Below are positions 26,889 to 32,000 of a stretch of DNA of 32,000 nucleotides, one piece after another. A program made the position numbers and the translations under genes. This stretch comes from Rhodobacter capsulatus SB 1003 (GTDB lineage Bacteria > Pseudomonadota > Alphaproteobacteria > Rhodobacterales > Rhodobacteraceae). Every line of letters starts with the position of its first letter. Positions within the stretch are counted from its first letter, which is position 1. The stretch spans positions 840,001 to 872,000 of the forward strand of contig NC_014034.1 in assembly GCF_000021865.1 (NCBI RefSeq), written 5' to 3'. The notes below the pieces were generated by a model, which was not told the origin of the DNA, ran no database searches, and was given only the letters and a program-made list of their open reading frames with translations.

Positions 26889-28402
26889 AGCGCCGCCTCC
26901 TGCATGCCATGGGCGCCGCCCAGCATCAGCCCGATCTCTTCCATCGTCAGCCCCTCGGTCGGGCGGGGTTCTGACAGCCGCCCCTCGTTCAACGCGCAGA
27001 AGCGATCGGCGATTTCCATAAGCTCGTCAAGGTCTTGGCTGATCACGATCACCGCCGCGCCCTTGGCCGCCAGATCGAGCAGCGCTTGCCGGATGGCGGC
27101 CGCGGCGGCAGCATCGACGCCCCAGGTCGGCTGGTTCACCACCAGCACCTCGGGCGCCTGCAGCACCTCGCGGCCAATCACGAATTTCTGCAGATTGCCG
27201 CCCGAGAGCGCGCGGGCCGCCACATGCGGCCCCGGCGTGCGGACATCAAAGCCCTTGATGATCTCCTCGGCAAAGCGCCGCGCCGCGCCCATGTTCAGAA
27301 AACCGTTGCGCGTCAGCGGCCGACGCACGGTGCCGGTCAGGATCGCGTTTTCCGTGAGACTCAGGTTCGGCACCGCGGCATGGCCCAGCCGTTCCTCGGG
27401 CGCCGCCAGCAGCCCCAGACGGCGGCGGTCATTCGGCCCAAGGTCGGAAATATCCTGTTCATGCAGCGTCACCGTGCCCGCGCCCGAGGGCCGTTCCCCG
27501 GAAAGCGTCGCCAGCAGCTCTTCCTGCCCGTTGCCCGCGACGCCGCCGATGCCCAGCACCTCGCCCGCGGCCAGGGTGAAGCTGACCTCTTTCAGCGCCG
27601 GGCCGAATTGCGTCATCGGCGGCAGGTTCAGCCGCGCGACCTCAAGGATCACCGCGCCGCTTTTCCGCCCGGCCCGGTCGGTCGCGGCAAATTCGCCGCC
27701 CACCATCAGCTCGGCCAACTCGCGCGCCGATTTTTCCCGGGGCATGCAGCTGGCCACCACCTTGCCGCCGCGCAGGATCGTCGCGCCGTCGCACAGGCTG
27801 CGGATTTCCTCAAGCTTATGGGAAATATAAAGAATCGCCGTGCCCTCGGCCGCCAGCTTGCGCAGGGTGTGAAACAGGATCTCGACCTCTTGCGGGGTCA
27901 GGACCGAGGTCGGCTCGTCCATGATCAGAAGCTTGGGGTCCTGCAGCAGACAGCGGATGATCTCGACCCGCTGGCGTTCGCCCGCCGACAGATCGCCCAC
28001 GATCCGCGCCGGATCCAGCGGCAGCCCGTAAGCCGTGGAAATCGCGCGGATCCGTTCCGCCAGATCGCGCATCGGCGGCGGGTTTTCCATGCCAAGGGCG
28101 ACGTTTTCCGCAACATTCAGCGCCTCGAAAAGCGAGAAATGCTGAAACACCATCGCCACGCCCGCGGCGCGCGCGGCCCGTGGCTCGGCAGGCGTGTAGG
28201 GCGTGCCCAGAAAGGTCATCTGCCCCGCATCGGGCTTCACCAGCCCGTAAATCATCTTCACCAGCGTCGATTTGCCCGCGCCGTTCTCGCCCAAAAGCGC
28301 ATGCACCTTGCCCGGCGCGACCTCGAACCCCACCCCGTCGTTCGCCACGACCCCGGGATAGGCCTTGGTCAGGCCCTCGATCTTGAGCAGCGACCCTGTC
28401 AC
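26885..28402 (-). CDS. ABC transporter ATP-binding protein with duplicated ATPase domains
   Basis: The GTG start at 28402 overlaps the xdhC stop (GTGA), with GGAAGGA upstream. The protein starts MTGSLLKIEGLTKAYPGVVAND. It carries Walker A GENGAGKST, the signature LSAGERQR and a second ABC domain. The ORF-track start at 28882 runs through xdhC. Confidence 0.85.
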   Translation of the reverse strand: MTGSLLKIEGLTKAYPGVVANDGVGFEVAPGKVHALLGENGAGKSTLVKMIYGLVKPDAGQMTFLGTPYTPAEPRAARAAGVAMVFQHFSLFEALNVAENVALGMENPPPMRDLAERIRAISTAYGLPLDPARIVGDLSAGERQRVEIIRCLLQDPKLLIMDEPTSVLTPQEVEILFHTLRKLAAEGTAILYISHKLEEIRSLCDGATILRGGKVVASCMPREKSARELAELMVGGEFAATDRAGRKSGAVILEVARLNLPPMTQFGPALKEVSFTLAAGEVLGIGGVAGNGQEELLATLSGERPSGAGTVTLHEQDISDLGPNDRRRLGLLAAPEERLGHAAVPNLSLTENAILTGTVRRPLTRNGFLNMGAARRFAEEIIKGFDVRTPGPHVAARALSGGNLQKFVIGREVLQAPEVLVVNQPTWGVDAAAAAAIRQALLDLAAKGAAVIVISQDLDELMEIADRFCALNEGRLSEPRPTEGLTMEEIGLMLGGAHGMQEAAL

Positions 28403-29337
28403 CCGGTCTGTCCTTCCGTGTTGACGGTCAGCCCGGCATGGCCGACCCGCTCCCTCAGTAGCGCGGCGGCGACGGAAATCGCAATGGCCTGCGGCTCCTT
28501 TCCGAGCCGCGGATCGCCTATCGGGCAGGCAATGCGCGAAATTTGCGCGTGCGCGTGCCCCAGATCGCGCAGGCGGCGCTGAAATCTTGACCATTTGGTC
28601 TGCGAGCCGATCAACCCGCAGGCAGCAAAGCCATGGCGCAGAATCCGGTGGCACAACTCGAGGTCGAGCGCATGGGAATAGGTCAGGATCAGATGGTGTG
28701 CTGACGCGGCGGCAAGCGGCACTAGATCGGCGGGATTTTCGGCAATGACCGGCATGACGGTCTCGGGAATCGGCTCGGGGAATCGGCTTTCGTCGAAATC
28801 GGCCCAGCGGATCGACCAGTGGGGCAGGGGGGCGAGCGTGGCGACCAGCGCGCGCCCGACATGACCGGCGCCCCAGATCCACAGCTCCTGCGCCGGGGGG
28901 GCAAGGCGTTCGATCAGCCAGCCGTCAAGCAGCAGCGGCGGCCTCTGCCCGCTGTTGCGCGCAAGGCTCAGCGCGCGCTGCACCGCAAGCGGCATGTCGG
29001 GGCCGGTCAAGGGCCGGGCATGAAACGGCCCCGCGATCCGCGTCAGGCTTTCGGCATCCAGCGGTTCGAAGGCCAGCGTCACCGCGCCGCCGCAGCATTG
29101 GCCCAGCGCCGGGCCGAGCGGAAAGCGGCGCAGGGCGGGGGCGGTCAGGCCGCGGGCGATCGTGATCGCCTCGGCCTCGAGCGTGCCGCCGCCGATCGTG
29201 CCTTGGGTGTGATCCGGCCAGACCCGCATCTCGGCGCCGACCTCGCGCGGGGTCGAGCCCCTGGTCTCGACCACCAGCACCCGGACAAAGGGCCCCCTCG
29301 CCGCCGCCTGCGCAAGTCCTTGCAGATCAAGGCTCAT
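28399..29337 (-). CDS. xdhC: Xanthine dehydrogenase accessory/Moco-insertion chaperone XdhC
   Basis: ATG 29337 overlaps the xdhB stop (ATGA). It is an XdhC/CoxI-family sequence (VVETRGSTPREVGAEM..., WIWGAGHVGRAL Rossmann-like motif). Confidence 0.85.
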   Translation of the reverse strand: MSLDLQGLAQAAARGPFVRVLVVETRGSTPREVGAEMRVWPDHTQGTIGGGTLEAEAITIARGLTAPALRRFPLGPALGQCCGGAVTLAFEPLDAESLTRIAGPFHARPLTGPDMPLAVQRALSLARNSGQRPPLLLDGWLIERLAPPAQELWIWGAGHVGRALVATLAPLPHWSIRWADFDESRFPEPIPETVMPVIAENPADLVPLAAASAHHLILTYSHALDLELCHRILRHGFAACGLIGSQTKWSRFQRRLRDLGHAHAQISRIACPIGDPRLGKEPQAIAISVAAALLRERVGHAGLTVNTEGQTG

Positions 29338-31664
29338 GCCCGGCCCTCGGCGCGGCGGACGGCGGCCAGAACCGCTTCGGGCGTGGCGGGGGCCTGCAGA
29401 TCGGGCCAATGCGGACCGCAGGCGGCGCAGGCGTCATGCAGCGCAAGGAAAGCCGAAATCCCCAAAAGGAAGGGCGGCTCGCCCACGGCCTTCGAGCGAA
29501 AGATCGTCTCCTCGCGGTTCGGCTGGTCCCACAGCGCGACGTTGAAGATGCGCGGGCGGTCGGAAAAGGCCGGGATCTTGTAGGTCGAGGGCGCGTGCGT
29601 CATCAGCCGCCCGCAGTGATCCCAGACCAGTTCCTCGGTGGTCAGCCAGCCCGCGCCCTGCACATAGGCGCCCTCGATCTGGCCGATATCCAGCGCCGGG
29701 TTCAGGCTGGCCCCGGCATCATGCAGGATATCGGTGCGCAGGATACGGTTTTCGCCGGTCAGCCGGTCGATCACCACCTCGGTGATCGCGGCGCCATAGG
29801 CGAAATACAAAAACGGCCGCCCCTGACCGCGCAGCCGGTCCCAGGACAGCTTGGGCGTCGCATAAAACCCTGTCGCGGAAAGGGAAATCCGCGCCATATA
29901 GGCCGCCGCGACGATCTCGGCAAAGCGCCAGGACTTGCCCGACGCCTGCACCTGACCGGCGTCGAAGATCACGTCCCGCGCGGCACAGCCCTCGCGCGCG
30001 GCGACAAAACCGGCCAGCCGCCCGCGCAGCGTCTCGCAGGCGTCCTTCACCGCCATCCCGTTCATGTCGGCCCCCGAAGAGGCCGCGGTGGCCGAGGTGT
30101 TGGGCACTTTCGAAGTATCGGTCGCGGTGATGCGCACCTGCACCGGGTCAATCCCCAGCACCGCCGCCGCGACCTGCACCATCTTCGCATGCAGCCCCTG
30201 ACCCATCTCGGTGCCGCCATGGTTGAGCGCCACCGAACCGTCGGTATAGATCTGCACCAGCGCGCCCGCCTGATTGAGATGGGTCAGCGTGAAGGAGATC
30301 CCGAACTTCACCGGTGAAAGCGCAATGCCCCGCGCCAAGGTTCGATTTGTGCTATTCCATGCGGCAATTTCGGCCCTGCGCGTCGTGAAATTCGCAGATT
30401 TCTGCAAGCGCGTGACCAGCTCGCCCAGCACGCAATCCGCCACCTCCTGACCGTAATGCGTGGTCTGCGTCTTCTTGGTGGCAATAGGCTCGGGGGGGCT
30501 CGGGGGGGCAGACAGCCCCCTCTCCGGCGGGTCATAAAAATTCAACGCCCGCAATTCGGCCGGATCCCGGCCCATCCCCCGCGCCAGATGCTCGATCGCG
30601 CGTTCCATTCCCAACGCGCCCTGCGGGCCGCCAAAGCCGCGAAAGGCGGTGTTCGATTGCGTGTTCGTCCGCAACCGGTGGCTTTCGATGCGCAGGGCGG
30701 GGACGAAATAGCTGCCATCGGCATGCAGCATGGCGCGGTCGCAGACCGGCAAGCTCAGATCCGCCGACCAGCCGCAGCGCGCCAGATGCACGAAATCCGC
30801 CCCCAGCAGCTTGCCCGAAGCATCGGCGCCGATCCGGTAGCGGATGCGGAAATCATGCCGCTTGCCGGTGATCACCATGTCATCGTCGCGGTCGTAGCGC
30901 ATCTTGCAGGGCCGCCCGGTCGCCCGCGCCGCCACCGCGCAGGCAATGGCCAGATGATTGCCCTGACTTTCCTTGCCGCCAAAGCCGCCGCCCATCCGCC
31001 GCATCTCGACCCGCACATCGTGAAAGGCCAGACCCAAAGCATGGGCGACCTTGTGCTGGATCTCGGAGGGATGCTGGCTGGAACAATGGATCACCACGCC
31101 GCCCTCGGCCGGTAGCGCCAAAGCCGCCTGACCCTCCAGGTAAAAATGCTCCTGCCCGCCGATTTCGAAGCAGCCTTCGGCCAGATGCGCGGCGCCCGCC
31201 AGGGCGGTTTCGACATCGCCGCGCGCCCAGATCACCGGCCCGCCCTCGAACCGGCTGTCGGCGGCAAGCGCCTGATCCAGCGTCAGAATGGCCGGGCGCG
31301 GCGCATAGGTGATGCGCGCCTTCCGGGCCGCGATCCGCGCCGCGCGATGGCTGGTGGCGGCGACCAGAAAGATCGGCTGGCCGACGAAATGCACCTCGCC
31401 CGTGGCCAGAACGGGCTCCGGGCTGGGCGCGGGCGAAGCGTCGTTGTCATGCGGCAGGTCGGCCGCGGTGAAGACCGCGATCACGCCCGGGCTTTCCCGC
31501 ACCGGCTCCAGATCCAGCCCGGTGATCGCGGCCGAGGCCTCGGTCGACAGGCCAAAGGCCAGATGCAGCGTGTTGGCGGGGCAGGGCAGGTCGTCCAGAT
31601 ACCGCGCCTGCCCGGTCACATGTGCCCGCGCCGAGTCATGCGGCAGCGGTTTGCCGACGCTCAT
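29334..31664 (-). CDS. xdhB: Xanthine dehydrogenase molybdopterin-binding subunit
   Basis: The protein is 776 aa and starts [25 protein letters not shown]. It has aldehyde oxidase/xanthine dehydrogenase Moco-domain motifs ([16 protein letters not shown]). The start overlaps the xdhA stop (ATGA). Confidence 0.95.
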
Positions 31665-32000
31665 GGCATCACCTCCAGCACCGCGACGGCCTCGCCGGAA
31701 AGCTCACGCACATAGCGCAGGGCCATCGCCTGCGCCGCATTCATCCGGTAAGCGGCCGAGGCGCGCATGTCGGACAGCGGCGTGAAATCCTGCGCGAGCA
31801 GCGGCAGCGCGGCGGCAATCGTGTCTTCGCGGAAATCCTGCCCGATCAGCGCCGCTTCGAAGGCGGCGGCGCGTTTCGGCACCCCGGCCATGCCGCCAAA
31901 GGCGATCCGCGCAGTTTCAATTTTCGAACCTTTCAGGGTCAGATTGAGGCATCCGCAGACCGCGGAAATGTCCTGATCGAACCTTTTCGACAATTTGTAG
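31661..32000 (-). CDS. xdhA: Xanthine dehydrogenase Fe-S/FAD subunit, 3' end (partial, continues beyond the window)
   Basis: The frame is open to the window edge. The sequence [13 protein letters not shown]...[12 protein letters not shown] is typical of the C-terminal FAD-domain region of XdhA. Confidence 0.85.

Overview
GC-rich alphaproteobacterial chromosome segment with no mobile-element, tRNA/rRNA or CRISPR signal. Positions 1-15981 (+ strand) are a complete uptake [NiFe]-hydrogenase cluster. Its gene order and protein sequences match what I recognise as the Rhodobacter capsulatus hup/hyp region: hupV (3' end), hypF, hupSLC, hupDFGHJK, hypAB, hupR, hypCDE. From hupD to hypD the genes are joined by overlapping stop/start codons. 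Downstream on the + strand lie a REC-less CheB-CheR-PAS fusion protein translationally coupled to a PAS-PAS-GGDEF-EAL protein, a 15-bp tandem repeat and a small membrane ORF. This is the least characterised part of the window. The - strand (22314-32000) carries sqr (sulfide:quinone oxidoreductase) and one tightly coupled operon: xdhA (partial), xdhB, xdhC and a BMP-family ABC importer. Non-coding features include a GC-rich intergenic repeat in a short and a long copy whose 3' end supplies the SD and ATG of hypF and hypE. The hupS control region has two TTG-N5-CAA palindromes, and AT-rich islands lie upstream of hupS, hupD and sqr. Several intrinsic-terminator hairpins are present. The many very long ORFs antisense to these genes are high-GC artefacts. 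Most of the window is well-described biology, so the novelty candidates are modest and are stated as hypotheses.
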